The notes beneath the pieces were generated by a model, which searched no databases, had not been told where the DNA came from, and saw only the letters and a list, made by a program, of their open reading frames with translations. Below, one piece after another: positions 1-12,478 of a DNA stretch of 64,000 bases. The stretch is from contig MCFH01000042.1 of NCBI GenBank assembly GCA_002104945.1, positions 310,001 to 374,000 on the forward strand, given 5' to 3'. Within the stretch, counting starts at the first letter, position 1. Each line of letters begins with the position of its first letter. Made by a program: the position numbers and the translations under genes. Origin of the DNA: Piromyces finnis finn (lineage: Eukaryota; Fungi; Neocallimastigomycota).

Positions 1-3000
1 GTGTTGCTTTAGTTGTGGTAATTAGTACCAGCAAGCAACATCTATCTGTGGATGTGATGGCGATTGAACAACATATTTTGGTTTTTATAGATTAAAAAAA
101 ACCATGGTTGAAAATTAAAAAGAAACGTAGTACAATAAAAAAGCTGACGAATTAACATTAATACATTTTTAAGAATAAATTAATAATTGAACCAATAAAA
201 ATTTGAATATATACGTTGTGTAACACTAATCAATAGATTAAATAGATTAGAAAGTAAAGAAAGTTTGGTATAGATAATCAAATAAAGTAAAATTTTTTTT
301 AATTTATTTATATATTAAATAAATAAGAATTATAAAATTAATTTATTTATATATATATTGCAATCAATTTATTGTGTTTCATTGTTAATTATGATCGAGC
401 ATTTTAAAAAAGGAAATAAATAAATAAATAAATAATAAAATAAATAAATTAATGAATCAACAATATAAAATACTATTTAATAATAATAATAATACTAATT
501 ATTAGTATTATTTATGAATATTAGTATTAATTATAGTATTAAAAAATCCACTTTTTTTTTTTTAAAAAAAAAAACAATATTAATATTACCTTAATAGTTT
601 TTTTTTTTTTTTTTTTTTTATTATTTCATAATACTATGAAGGTGTAAGCATTAAAAACTTTTGAATTAATAACAAATAACATAAAAATATCTATCCTTTT
701 TGCTGATTTGTGTCATTCATCATTCACCAACAATCCAATAAAACCTTTACTTTCTCATTTTTTTTAGGGTAAATGAGAAAATATAGGTTTTAATGAAACA
801 TTTCTTCATGTGTGTATCATATAAACACGTGATAGAAACTATTGAGATATTGTCTTTATATTCCTCTTAACCATACCAATTTTTTTTTATTTAAAAACTT
901 TTATAAAAATGTATCGATAAATTGTATCTCTTATTAAAAAAAAAAAAAGGTATTTTATTGCCGAGGTCTTTGAAAAGGTCTTTTCTTTCTTTCATCATTC
1001 TTATTTTTTGAGTTTTTTATAAATTATATAAAAAAAACTTTAATAATTTATATATTCATAATATATAATAAATACAATGATAATATATAGATTTAATATT
1101 AAACTACTATATATAAAAAAGAAATATTCAATTACCACAATTACTTTCACACCACAACCCTACCACAAAATATGAGAAAAAAAGATACAATGATGATGCT
1201 TTTAGTTTTTACTCCTCCTTTTTATTTTATATAGAAGGAAATAATAATATCAAAGATATTATTACCTTTTTTTTTTTCCTAATAATAATTAGTCTCATTA
1301 CAAATTTATATTGATATTTTTTTTTCCTCCATGATAACATGAGTCATAATCGTGGTTGTATAATGTATACATTATTGTATTTAATGTATATATATGAAGA
1401 GTTTATGGTGAAAGTAAAATGAAATTTTTATTGTTATTATTGTTGTCATCATCGTTACTGTTGTTGCTGTTGTTGTTGTCCTTATCGTTGTTGTTTATTT
1501 CTTTTATTTCCATTTATGATATTTGGCATAGTAATTTTGATGTTGAAAAAAAGATGATTTAATGATGGTTTGTTACTTTAAAAATAAAATTTTTAATGTA
1601 ACCATAAAGAGCAATAGTAAAAAAAAAAGTTTTATTTTAGATGTAACTATATATTATAAATACATTATATTTCTATTAATTATTATAATTTTAAATATAT
1701 TATAATATAATAGAAACTTTTTAGAGTTTTTTAATGAAAAAAGAAACTTTTCTTTTTTACTGATAAACTCTTCTATTTTAATTTAATTTAGTCATATTAA
1801 AATGTAATGAATGAATAAACAATGTATAGATACACGTGATAAATACATGGAAATGAATGTTGCATTTTGTTGACCAATTTTTAATCCGACATAAAAAATA
1901 AAAAAATATATTGAAAAAAAAGTAATTTTTTTTTTTTTTTGTATATTTTGATTATCCTATATGGTTATATTTTTCATGAAAAATGATGATACTATTAGTA
2001 ATATGTTCCAATTTTAATAATAACTACTTATTCATTATAAAAGTATTTTTATAAATGCTACAAGTAATTTTGAATTTATTTTTTTTTTCCCATCAAATCC
2101 ATTTTAAATTTTATTAATAAATAAGGTTTAATTATAAATGAATTAAAAAAGATTTTTTAATTTAACCATTTTTATCTTTTTTTTTATTATTAAGATTTGT
2201 TTTGTTTTTTCGATTCTTTAGGTGTATTACTTTTACTAAATGTTTTTTGTTATAAAAAAAAATAATGATAATTCTTATTCATTAAATATAAAATATCAGG
2301 TTTAGAGAGAGTATCATTCTAATACCTGTAGATCTGTTGAAAAAAGTGCTGACCTTAAAATTCTTTATTCGAAAAAATAGTAAATACATCCATACCTTTG
2401 AAAATCAGGCCATTCAAAAATTTTGTTACATAATATTAAAAAAAAAAAAGTTAATTTAACCATAAATAGAAACATTTATGAAAGTAAAAAAAAAAAGTTT
2501 TAATTCTTCATTTTAAAATGATCATAAAGAAAAAAAAAAAAAAAAAAAAAAAGAGCTTTATTAATAATAATAATAATTGAAATAATTACTAAATGTTATC
2601 CACTGTAACAAATAATGACAAATGACATTAATAATGTGTAGAAATTATATAATGATAGGATATAAAATGTGGAATTCTATTGTATTTTTATTTTTTAATA
2701 AAATCTTTAACCCTTTTTATTCCATAAACTAACACCCATCCATGAATAAGCAGCCTTCTGTTGTTAAAAGGACTTGATTGTTTTTAAATTAAATGCTTTA
2801 TCTACAGGCAGTAAATAATCATTCATGCCTTTTGATATAAAAATAATGTTTTTAATTTTCTACAAGCTTAAAAAAGGCTAAATTAAAAATTAATACAGAA
2901 TTAAAAAAAAATTGAATTTTTAGGGTTTTATGTAGTGTATTTTAATTTTTATCCTTAAATTTATACTAAAAAAAAAAGTGTTCCTTAATAATATATTCCT

Positions 3001-3402
3001 AGCTGATCCTATAATGTTATGAGAGAAATTGAAGAATAAATATATAAAGTTGTAAAAAAAAAAAAAAAAAGATAAATATCTATATATATAATATACTATT
3101 TAAACAATACTTTATTAAAAAATAAAACTTTTTGTTTTTCCTTTATTTTTGATATAATGGACTTTTTCTTTTATTATAAAAAGTGTTAGAGATCTAGTTT
3201 TAAAATATTTAAATAATCATAAAAAAGTTGATATTTTTTTTATCTATATAATAACAATATAATATAATATAAATATATATAGATGTATTTGAAAATTTAA
3301 AAGTTTGTAACATTTTGTAACATGTTAGTACTATTATTAATAATTTATAAAAGAAATCTTTTATTATAAACACTTTATTTTATTATATATTCATTAGCAT
3401 TT

Positions 3403-3608
<206 letters not shown>

Positions 3609-3738
3609 TTTTTAAATTTTGGCAAAAAAAAAAGACATAGTTTATATGCAGATAGGTGCAGTATATCTATAAATGATTTTTGTCACCAGAAGCAAGTCGT
3701 GTCTTTTAATCCCTTGTCCCACACTCATTTTTATGTAT

Positions 3739-3826
3739 ATTAAAAAATAAAGTATATATGCATTTTGATGGTCCCACCACGCATAGTTCGAGTGCATTAA
3801 AAAATAAAGTATATATGCATTTTGAT
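3739..3826. repeat. 31-bp direct repeat pair flanking a 26-bp GC-rich spacer
   Basis: ATTAAAAAATAAAGTATATATGCATTTTGAT at 3739-3769 and 3796-3826; spacer GGTCCCACCACGCATAGTTCGAGTGC. Confidence 0.9.
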
Positions 3827-4940
3827 TAAATTATTTAATCCTATAACATATTTTAATTCAGTAATAATGTAATATTATAAATAAATAAAAAAAAAAAAAC
3901 TATTTATAATTTTATATATAAGCATATGAATGAAAAAAATATATAAAAACATAGTTTAATATTTTTAATGAAATATTATAATATATCCATATTCTTTTAT
4001 TTTTGAAATTAAATCATTATTATTGATAGATATGATGTCTTTTTTTTTTTTTTTTTTTTTTTAAATAATACTTCTAATAAGAAAGATTTTACTAGTTTTT
4101 TTTTTATTATAATTTTTTTTACCATATAAATTATTTCCTTCATTTTGACAACAACAACAACAACAATGAACGAAATTAGTATTATTTAGTCTTTATTTTA
4201 AGTATAATTCAGTCACCGGCCGGCCAGTTGGTGAATGAACCTAAATTATAGAAATAGGATTACTAAGATATATTTTATTGACCAATTTTTTTTCTATAGG
4301 TCATGATCGTATAATGATCGTATATTATTATACTCTATAAACTAAATTATTTCTTGTGGATGATAGAAAAAATTATAACATATATATTAAATTTTTAGGA
4401 TTACCAGCAATAATTGTTATAAAAATAAATAACCCTACAAACCGAAAATTTTGATTTTCTAATTTTATAGTATTAAAAATAATAAAGAAAAGGTAAAAAT
4501 ATATATATATATAAATTTTTACACAGGTAGTAATTATAAAGTTGAAGATAATAAAAAAAAAAAAAAAGAATTTTTTGTTTATTATTTATTGAGAAAAAAA
4601 AATCCTATTAGCAATAGGAATTAGGTTTTGAAAATAATTATCCCAAAAGAAAAATGTATCAAAATATAAATGAAAAAGTGATATAATGAAAAATCATATA
4701 CCCATTAGATGGTATGTAATGAAGAAATTAAACCTGTATCAAAGGATTTATATAGAGAAAAGTTGTTTATAGAAGAAATTTGATCCAGGAAGAATTTCAG
4801 GCAGAAAAAAGTCAGGTCAAATTCTAGCACTCTAGGATAACAATTTATTTTTGAAATATATAAAAACCCAAAATTCAATTTATAAAAATTTCATAAGTAA
4901 ATTTACATGTGGTTCTAATTTTTTATTTTTCTCAAAAATA

Positions 4941-5277
4941 ATAGTTGAAAAGCTAGTGTGGCAAAGCTACCATACATAGAATTATGATTGAACGCCTTAA
5001 AGTCAGAATCCATACTTAAACACGACGATTTTTAACCCTCATTATACTTAAGAGATTAAAAATGAAAATGAATTCGTCCTGTATCTCAGGAATCATAAAA
5101 GAGGATCTTGATTAGGCACGTGAATCCTATTCAATTTTTTAAATGATAACCTTCAAGCATTAATGAGGGATAAAACCTTTGAAAATGATTTAAATTTAGA
5201 ACAAAAGTATTGTAAGCAGTAGAGTTGCCTTATTGCTATGATCTTCTGAGATTAAGTCTTTTGTTTTTTGATTTGTA
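4941..5277 (+). pseudogene. Degenerate 3'-terminal fragment of 28S (LSU) rRNA
   Basis: GCAAAGCTACCATACATAGAATTATGATTGAACGCCTTAAAGTCAGAATCC and GTATTGTAAGCAGTAGAGTTGCCTTATTGCTATGATCTTCTGAGATTAAGTCTTTTG...ATTTGT match the conserved eukaryotic LSU 3' end (GCGAAGCTACCATC...GAACGCCTCTAAGTCAGAATCC; GTATTGTAAGCAGTAGAGTAGCCTTGTTGTTACGATCTGCTGAGATTAAGCC). Many G>A and C>T changes; no other rDNA nearby. Confidence 0.88.
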
Positions 5278-5412
5278 CAATTTACATTTTTTCCTTATAA
5301 GTTGATTTTCGTAAAGTTGATATATGAATTTGTCTTTGATAATATGTGTGGTTTTGATGTTGTATGGAGGGGTGATGGTCTATGAAGAAGCGATATTGTA
5401 TGGAGGAGTTAG

Positions 5413-5532
5413 TAAGATATTAAACTTTTAGAAAGTTAACTACAGGATAGTTTAAGATATTAAACTTTTAGAAAGTTAACTATAGGATAGTTAAGATATT
5501 AAACTTTTAGAAAGCTAACTATAGGATAGTTA
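5413..5532. repeat. ~40-bp tandem repeat x3 downstream of the 28S fragment (possible IGS/3'ETS sub-repeat)
   Basis: TAAGATATTAAACTTTTAGAAAG(T/C)TAACTA(C/T)AGGATAGTT repeated three times. Confidence 0.85.
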
Positions 5533-5893
5533 ATAATCATAAAGATAATAATGAATGGGAACTTTTTTTTTTTTTTTTTTTTTCATACTACCTTTTCTAT
5601 TTATTTATTTACTTAGATATCATAAAATATTTAATGATAGAATCCACCATAAATGAAAAAGACAAGAATGGTAATAATTTATAGTAAAGATAACAGAATT
5701 ACATAGTAATTTTCAAATTAATAATTTTTTTATTTTATAGAAAAAAAATTAATATTTTTGAAAAAAAAAAAAAAAAAAAGCAAGTATGATAGTCATTACA
5801 TTTAACTGATAAGAAATTTCAAGAAACCTTGAAATTAAGAAGTATTTCAAAGATCAAGGATTTATCTATTGATATCAAAAGTAATTATAGGAT

Positions 5894-6285
5894 TAGGGGA
5901 TATACCTTTTAAGCATTTTTTTTAATAAATTTGGACATTATGAAATTGTTAAACGTTTGATTGATGGTTATTATAACATTAGTTTTCAATAAAATAATTT
6001 TTTTAAAACTATTTTGTAGTGTGGGTTACTTTAAATATTACTACTTATTTAATTAAATAAAGAATGTGAATGAACATTAATAAGGAATACTTTAATTGGA
6101 AACTCAACCGTTTAATATACCCAGGTAAAAATAATGGTTATTTAGATATTGTTTAATTATTAATAGAAAATGGAATAGGTTTGGATGAAATCGATAGTGA
6201 TGGACCAATTACTATAAGGCATGCCTTGTCATATAAGATTCAATTTGATGTACGTCAATGCTTAATAAAGAATGAAAGTACCTAG
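5894..6285 (+). pseudogene. Ankyrin-repeat pseudogene fragment
   Basis: Broken frames give GDIPF...NKFGHYEIVKRLIDG and NNGYLDIV*LLIENGIGLDEIDSDG, resembling the ankyrin consensus (G.TPL...GH.EIVK.LL..GAD); in-frame stops and frameshifts. Confidence 0.6.
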
Positions 6286-6748
6286 ACCTAGACATAGAGA
6301 TAATAAAAATAATAATTGTTAATTGTTCATAACAAGAATGTTTTTTTTTCCCGCCAAGTTATAAAGTCGGTTAAACTCTATGCATAAAATAAAATAAAAC
6401 CATTTTATGGATAATATTAGTGTTTAAACAAGAATAATAAAAATATTGAAATGACGGCGGTTATTAATAAAGTTAAAATTCTTTCTACATAAAAACAAAC
6501 TTGTATCAATATATAGATCATATGATAATCATTTGTTATATGACATGATATGACATTTATTTATAAAAAAAAGATTTTAATTTTTTATTTATATTCCACA
6601 TAAAAACAAAATCAATACATAGATCATATGACAATCATTTGTTATATGCTATGATATATAAAAAAAAGATTTTTAATTTTTTATTTATAAAGGTTGCTCT
6701 AAAACAATTAAAAACAAACCTGATGAAATTTCAAGAAAAAAAAAAATC

Positions 6749-6779
<31 letters not shown>

Positions 6780-7347
6780 AATATACATATATAAAGATAA
6801 AAGAAAGTAATAAAACATCTTTTTCTTTTTTTCTCTCTCCATGGTAAAATACTTTTTTTTTTTTGATTGATACACATCATGTGATTCATACAATATTTAT
6901 GGATATTAGCTATAAATTTATGAATCAGTAACATTTAAAAATTTAATTATGAGAAAAGGGGATGATTTATTGCATTACTATTTTGAGTAGTTTTAGGTGT
7001 AAATTTTTATAATGTAAAAAAAAAGATATAGATAGAAAAACAAAGAGAAAGACAAACAAGTCATTGATACAACATGAAAATTATTTTTTTTCTCATAATA
7101 ATGGTGAATTGGGTGTGATAAAATTAATTTTTTTAAAAAAGAAATATCATTGAAACATGATTATTTAATATTGTCACTAATAGTGACATCTACAATAATA
7201 TTAAACCATATTAAATAATAATTTGGTGAATCAAATTTGTATAGTATTAATAACGCTGATGATACACTAAAAATAATAAATATAAAAAGTATTTTCTTTT
7301 TTTTTTTTTTTTTTTTTTTTTGAATATACACCTAATAAAGAAATAAT

Positions 7348-8442
7348 TTGAATATTTTATTCTTAATTGCTGCTGGTTCAGTATACGCTTCCTCATGTCA
7401 TAAAGATTATGAATGTTGTTCTCATTGTAATATTGTAATGACTGAAAGAAATGAAAATTGGGGAGTTGAAAATGGACAATTTTGTGTAATAGACAAAATA
7501 AAATGTGGTTATTGTAAATTTGAAAAGTATGGTTATCAATGTTGCTCTCATTGTAATACTCTTACTACAAATATAATAGGGGAATGGGGATATGAAAATA
7601 ATAAATTATGTGGTATTAAAGATGCATGTGAAAATGTGGATAATAATAATTTCTTTGATAATGAACTTTTTTATTGAACCAATTATCAAAAATGTGATTG
7701 AATCAAATATGTTAGAAATGAGTGAAGAATTAAAAGCTATGGATGAGAATATCTATAATATTCCTACTGCTCATTGGTTAAATTGGTATAAACTTTGTGG
7801 AGTTTCGTATATTTTGCATGGTGGAGAATCCATTGAAAAGGATTATGAAGATGAAATAAGTGAGGTTCTTGAGTCTGCTGATTCAAGGACTGTCACTTTC
7901 GTTCTAAATATATTAAGGTATAAATCATGTAAAGAATATATATATTTATATAATGATAATGCAAAGGAGAGAGGTCCTGAAAATGGTCTTAGAGTGAATG
8001 CTAATACCATTAAAAATTATCGTAAGGCTAAGGTAGCCATAGTGATTGATCCAGGTCTTATTGGTAACTATACTACAGATTTCGATTCTACTGAAAAATG
8101 TGAAAAAATTCATAAACTTCAAAAGGAATACCTTATTTCTGCTCTTAAACAATTTTCAAATCGTAGTAATATTAGTGTATACCTTGATGTTTCTGATAGT
8201 AAGTTATTAGGTTCAAAAGTTGATGAAGTAGCTGCATTTGTTAAAGAACTTTTGAAAGAGTCTAATGCTACTATTCATGGTTTCAGTACTATCAATCTGT
8301 TGAAAGTGAATACGCTTACCATGAAAAGCTTAATGCTGCTCTTGAAAAAATTGGAATTTATGGAAAGAAGTTCATTGTTGATACAAGTCGAAATGGTATT
8401 GATTTTACTAAAGAATATGATGATGACAAAATTTTGAAATGA
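7348..8442 (+). pseudogene. Disrupted double-dockerin (CBM10/NCDD) + GH6 cellobiohydrolase-like gene
   Basis: Signal-like N-terminus starting at TTG; two dockerins (CC...WGVENGQFC, CC...WGYENNKLCGI); GH6 landmarks NFFDNELF, IPTAHWL, TVTFVL, VYLD and, in a shifted frame, YQSVESEYAYHEKLNAALE...KFIVDTSRNG. Frameshift in a T6 run (~7667), a second near 8290, and a premature stop removing the C-terminal WCN...KTPGEADG region. Confidence 0.85.
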
Positions 8443-8934
8443 TAAAAATATAAAATGGAAATAAAATAAAATAAAATATTCATTCTCTATATAATTATTC
8501 CCTTAATTCTTAAAAATAAAAAGTATCTATAAGTTAATCTTTTTTTTTTTTTTTTTTTTTTTCGAAAATGCATACTCTATGTTTATGATATATAAATAGA
8601 CTAGAAAATAATAATTATTAAAAAAAAAAAAAAAGATTGACTTTTAATTATTTCTAAAAATGTTATAAAAATATATATATTATCCAAAATAAAGAGTTTT
8701 TTTTTTTTCACAATTTTTATTAAGAATATAGTTTTTTATATATACATTTTTTTTTAGAAAACAATTGAGATAGTAACAAGTTATTTTTTTTATTTTTATA
8801 AAAATGATAAATATTATTGGAATAATTAATACACTTTTCTGGTTTTTTTTTTTTTTTTTAAATAAGAAGAAGGAAAATAGATTAAACCTCATAACTTCTA
8901 TTTTAATATTTTCGATAGTAACATTTAATTTTTC

Positions 8935-8966
<32 letters not shown>

Positions 8967-9046
8967 ATGAATGGAAAGAATTTTTTTTTAAAGAAAAAGT
9001 AAATTTACATTTATAGATGTGTGTATTTGTGTAGATGCCTTTTTTT

Positions 9047-10097
9047 TTAATGGAATATGTTAGAGGCATGAAAAGATAATTTTAATAATTTAAATTTTAC
9101 TAATTTTATTATTAATCCATCCATATTACGTCCACAATCAACATCAAGTGGTTCAATTTGATATTCAATGGTAGCATTTACCCCATCAAATTTATCTTTA
9201 TAAATTCCTTTTTTATCCTTTAGTATAATACTAGGTAAAATTTCCATATAACCATCATAATTCTTTTCGGCAATATTATCAAGTCCTCGATAATCTGAAA
9301 AATTAATGTAAAGATAAGGGGTACGACTGACATCGTAAAGAAGCCATTCCTTTGCATCATAACGATCTGACCAAGGAATATAACCATACGTTCTTGGAAC
9401 CCATAAACCAACAGCATTTTCAGAAGATTTTTTAAAATTAAAATAGGCATGATTGTAATCTGGAACTTCTTCTAAATCTGAAGTGTTGAAATACATACTA
9501 TAAATAATAATTAAAAAGGGTGAGGTAAAAAAAAAATTGAGTATAGGATTAAAATTACAAAATACTATATATACAAAAAAAAATTATTATATATAATATA
9601 TATACATATATTTTTAAAATATTTACCAAGTTACCCATTGTTCATTTTGAAGTGATACTAAAAACTTTCCATAAATTCTTTGTATCATAATATCAAAAAA
9701 AAAACAAAAAAAAAAAAATATATATATATAAATAATTAATTTTAATATATATATATATTTTTGAGATTATTATTTATAATGAAAAGTAATTCATTTATAT
9801 ATATAATTTAATTTTTTTTTAGTAGAATAAATTTCGAAATTATCTTTTCTTTTTTTTTTTTTTTTTAAAAAATAATATTTATTTTTTATTATTAATTTAC
9901 CTGCAAAGGGTATGATCTTCTTTAGGATTTGTGATACGTTTTTTAAGTTCAGCTCTTGCGTAATGATGCCAACATTTAGAACTGGTTTGTTGAAGCCATA
10001 AATCTTTAGAATTAACTTGTTTAAAAATAGTATCCCAAATTTCATAGGGAACTTTTTCTATTTGATATGGTGTATTTTCAACTTCTAATTCAACCAT
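9047..10097 (-). CDS. F-box domain protein (about 3 exons: 10097-9901, ~9680-9626, 9497-9047)
   Basis: KVPYEIWDTIFKQVNSKDLWLQQTSSKCWHHYA fits the F-box pattern; GT-AG splicing keeps one frame (HTLCR-IYGKFLVSLQNEQWVT-CMYFNTS). The middle-exon acceptor is uncertain. Confidence 0.62.
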
Positions 10098-11185
10098 GAT
10101 AAATTTTTTTTTTTTTTTCTTTTTTGTATATTATATGAATAAAGTAAAAATTACTGGTCAGATTATTAATATGATTCTTTATTTGAAATTTAGTAAAGTG
10201 TAACAGATTGAATTTCAATTTACTTAATTATTATTATTATTTTTTAATTATTATTTTTTAATAAAAAAGAGATTAGTCAAGTAACAATAGATTGAATTTC
10301 AATTTAAAAAAAAAAAAAAAATGTTGATTTCTTTTTTTTTTTTTTAGATTAAAAATAGTTTTACTTTATTGAAATGAATGAAATAAAAAAAAAAAAAAAA
10401 TAGCAACTTTAATGTAGTTGTTAATATTGTTATTATATTTTTTTCTTATTTTAAAAACTATTTATATATACAAATATATTGTTGGGCTTTTTTACTTTTA
10501 TTGGTTGTTGTTGCTGTTGTTGTTACTGTTATTACTAATATATTTTTAAGGTGTAAAGAGTTTATGTATGATGATTAATATGTCAAGTTATATATATATA
10601 TATATATAAAATAAAAACGCAAAAAAAAAGAGTGAATATATTACAAAAAATAAAGAGTTTCAAATTGTTATTTTAATTATTATTTCTTTTTTCTTTTTCT
10701 TTTTATTTTATGAAAAAATAAAAAGTTTTTTTTTTTATTTGATTAGAAAAATTAGAAAAATCCCAAATTTTATTTTTTATTTTTTTTATTATTATTAAAA
10801 TTAATATATTTAATATTGTTTGTTTTTGGTTTACTTTTATTTATATGAAAAAATAAAATACTTTTTTTTTTTTAAAAAAAAAAGAGAGGAGTGACTCCTT
10901 CCTTTTTTCCCTTCCTTCCTCCCTTTCCTTTTTTTTTCCTTCTTCACCCTATCGAAATTTATAAAAAAAAAAAAAATAAAAAAATAAAAAATAAATAGTT
11001 TTAAAATTTAATTTTTTTAATTTATTTTTTATTTAGAAATTATAATTATTAAAGTTTTACTATATTAAAAATTTGATTTCATTTGAATTTTTATTGGATA
11101 AAAATTAATATTAAAATCTTTTTTAAACTTTAAAAATTATTGAAATAAAAAAAAACAGAATTTTTTTTAAAGAAAAGTTTAAAGT

Positions 11186-11266
11186 CATTTTAAAAGTATT
11201 ATATATAATGTACGTTCTATTTTTGACATTTTAAAAGTATTATATATAATGTACGTTCTATTTTTG
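11186..11266. repeat. 40-bp tandem duplication
   Basis: CATTTTAAAAGTATTATATATAATGTACGTTCTATTTTTG occurs twice with a 41-bp period. Confidence 0.9.
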
Positions 11267-11668
11267 TTATTATTATTATTATTATTATTTATTTTTTTTT
11301 TATTTTTTTTTATTTTTTTTTCATGCGTGTCAGTGTGTAAAACAATAATAACAACTATTATTAATATATGAATAAGACTAAAGTATAAACGACATTTTAT
11401 TTCGTTAAAAACTAAATTTTTTAATATATTTTTTTATTATTTTTTTAATGAATTCATTTATTTTAGAATAATGAGAAATAATAATTCATTTCATATCTAT
11501 AGGTCTATTGCTACTATTATAATTTTTATTTTTTAATTCTATTTAGTATTACTTTTTTATCATTTATCATTATTACATAGAGGATCAACTTTTTTTTTCA
11601 AATGAAAAAATAGATCATCATTTTATTATTTAAAATACACCTTTTTATTGTTTAAATTAAAAGCAAAG

Positions 11669-11699
<31 letters not shown>

Positions 11700-12478
11700 A
11701 TTAATATTATATATATATATAAACTTTTTATTTTTTAATCTATAAAATTAAAAATGTTAAAAAGGTCTTTTAAACCCGTTTTATAAAATAATATTTTATA
11801 TTGAATTTTTTTTAAGATATTTTTAAATCTTTTATTTTTGTATATATAAATTCTTTTTTTTTTTAATATGAAATGAAAATCTTTATATTTTATTATTATT
11901 ATTATTTTTAATCTTTTTTATTTCTTTTTCTTTTCTTTTTATATAGGGTTAAATTGATATTTTGTAAAAAAAAAAAAAAAAAAAAAAGTAGGATATAAAA
12001 GTTTATTTCAAATAAAAAACTTTTTTTTTTCAATAATTTTTTTTTTTTTATAAAAAGTTATTATCGGTGGTTTAAAAAATGTATTGATATTGTAATTGAG
12101 ACTAAAGGAAAATCATGTAAATTATTGATATAGATATAAATTTAGATATATTGATGTTAAAAAAATAAAATAGTCTTGAAAAATGTTCATAGGGTACTTA
12201 TTTTTATATTAATATATATATATATATCTGATTATGGATGAGAATTAATTAATCGTATTATTATTATTTTTATATTATAGGTGTGTTATTTCTTAAATTT
12301 TTAGAGTTTCATTTGCTTTATTGATATTTTCTGTAGGTTAAAATATTGATGGATATCCTTTTATCTATTTTCTTTTTCTTTTTTTTTTTCTTAAAAAAAT
12401 CATGCTTTAGAATTATAGAAATATTCTAATAAATTTCTCTGAACGTTTTTCTTCTTTTTATAATTGGCAAGATTCTTA

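Noticed and set aside
1-110. Possible coding exon at the left edge (minus strand)
   Set aside because: No recognisable motif or convincing start/splice site within the window.
3789-3798. 10-mer CGAGTGCATT shared with the SINE 3' end
   Set aside because: Too short; expected by chance given the number of possible comparisons.
3739-3826. CRISPR-like repeat-spacer-repeat
   Set aside because: Only two repeats, AT-rich and non-palindromic, eukaryotic context, no cas genes.
4620-4860. Weak resemblance to Ty3/gypsy RT N-terminus (IYPL...KGFI)
   Set aside because: Spacing is wrong, there are multiple stops, and no further RT motifs.
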